Shown here: one piece after another, positions 44,165-44,165 of the stretch | How positions within the stretch are numbered: the first letter of the stretch is position 1 | Layout of the letters: every line of letters starts with the position of its first letter | Source of the DNA: Actinomycetes bacterium | Lineage (GTDB): Bacteria; Actinomycetota; Actinomycetes; JAKEEW01 | DNA: 44,165 nucleotides | Assembly: GCA_036560395.1 (NCBI GenBank) | Contig: DATBRJ010000111.1 | Coordinates: forward strand, 1 to 44,165 | Reading direction: 5' to 3' | Notes under the pieces: model-generated | What the model was told of the DNA's origin: nothing | The model's input: only the letters and a program-made list of their open reading frames with translations | Database searches by the model: none | Position numbers and translations under genes: made by a program

Positions 44165-44165
44165 G

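Noticed and set aside
1-44165. CRISPR arrays, rRNA genes, transposase or integrase genes
   Set aside because: I found no regularly spaced repeats of 25-40 bp and no rRNA-like conserved stretches. No ORF carries transposase DDE or tyrosine-recombinase motifs.

Overview
High-GC (about 70%) chromosomal segment that looks actinobacterial. All product calls rest on motifs I recognise in the supplied translations, and no homology search was run. I support about 43 protein-coding genes and no rRNA, intact tRNA or CRISPR array.

Most of the window is housekeeping or accessory metabolism:
- rpiB, pepN, a DUF5130-like protein, malQ, an amidase and a small HNH endonuclease
- prolyl oligopeptidase, an MscS channel, truncated haemoglobin glbO, an acyl-CoA thioesterase and ettA
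- a MarR-GNAT fusion, an arginase-fold protein and an SPFH protein
- two ABC-2 exporter pairs and five GNAT acetyltransferases

From memory (unchecked), the order rpiB-pepN-DUF5130-HNH-glbO...ettA resembles the mycobacterial neighbourhood, with extra genes inserted.

Observations worth a second look:
1. An orphan 3' half of tRNA-Gly(UCC) lies at 3885-3928. It appears to mark the right edge of an integrated element covering 1-3.9 kb, which holds small hypothetical genes, a ribbon-helix-helix protein, an ArsR-like regulator with a perfect 10-bp inverted repeat, and two copies of one palindromic hairpin.
2. A repeated intergenic element occurs twice, at 26179-26344 and 39119-39203. It has CTAGTGTCCCGG-type inverted termini, a shared block of about 70 nt and flanking GGTGGC direct repeats. 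I read it as a candidate MITE or structured RNA family.
3. A tightly coupled four-gene operon (30279-38114) encodes two giant FtsX/MacB-type permeases and two ATPases. One ATPase carries an AbrB/SpoVT-like C-terminal tail. This is the best candidate for an uncharacterised system.
4. A Cys-rich protein with DnaJ-type CxxCxGxG motifs is translationally coupled to the thioesterase.

I see no unambiguous novel defence or biosynthetic system. Many long ORFs in the track are antisense or off-frame artefacts of the high GC content.
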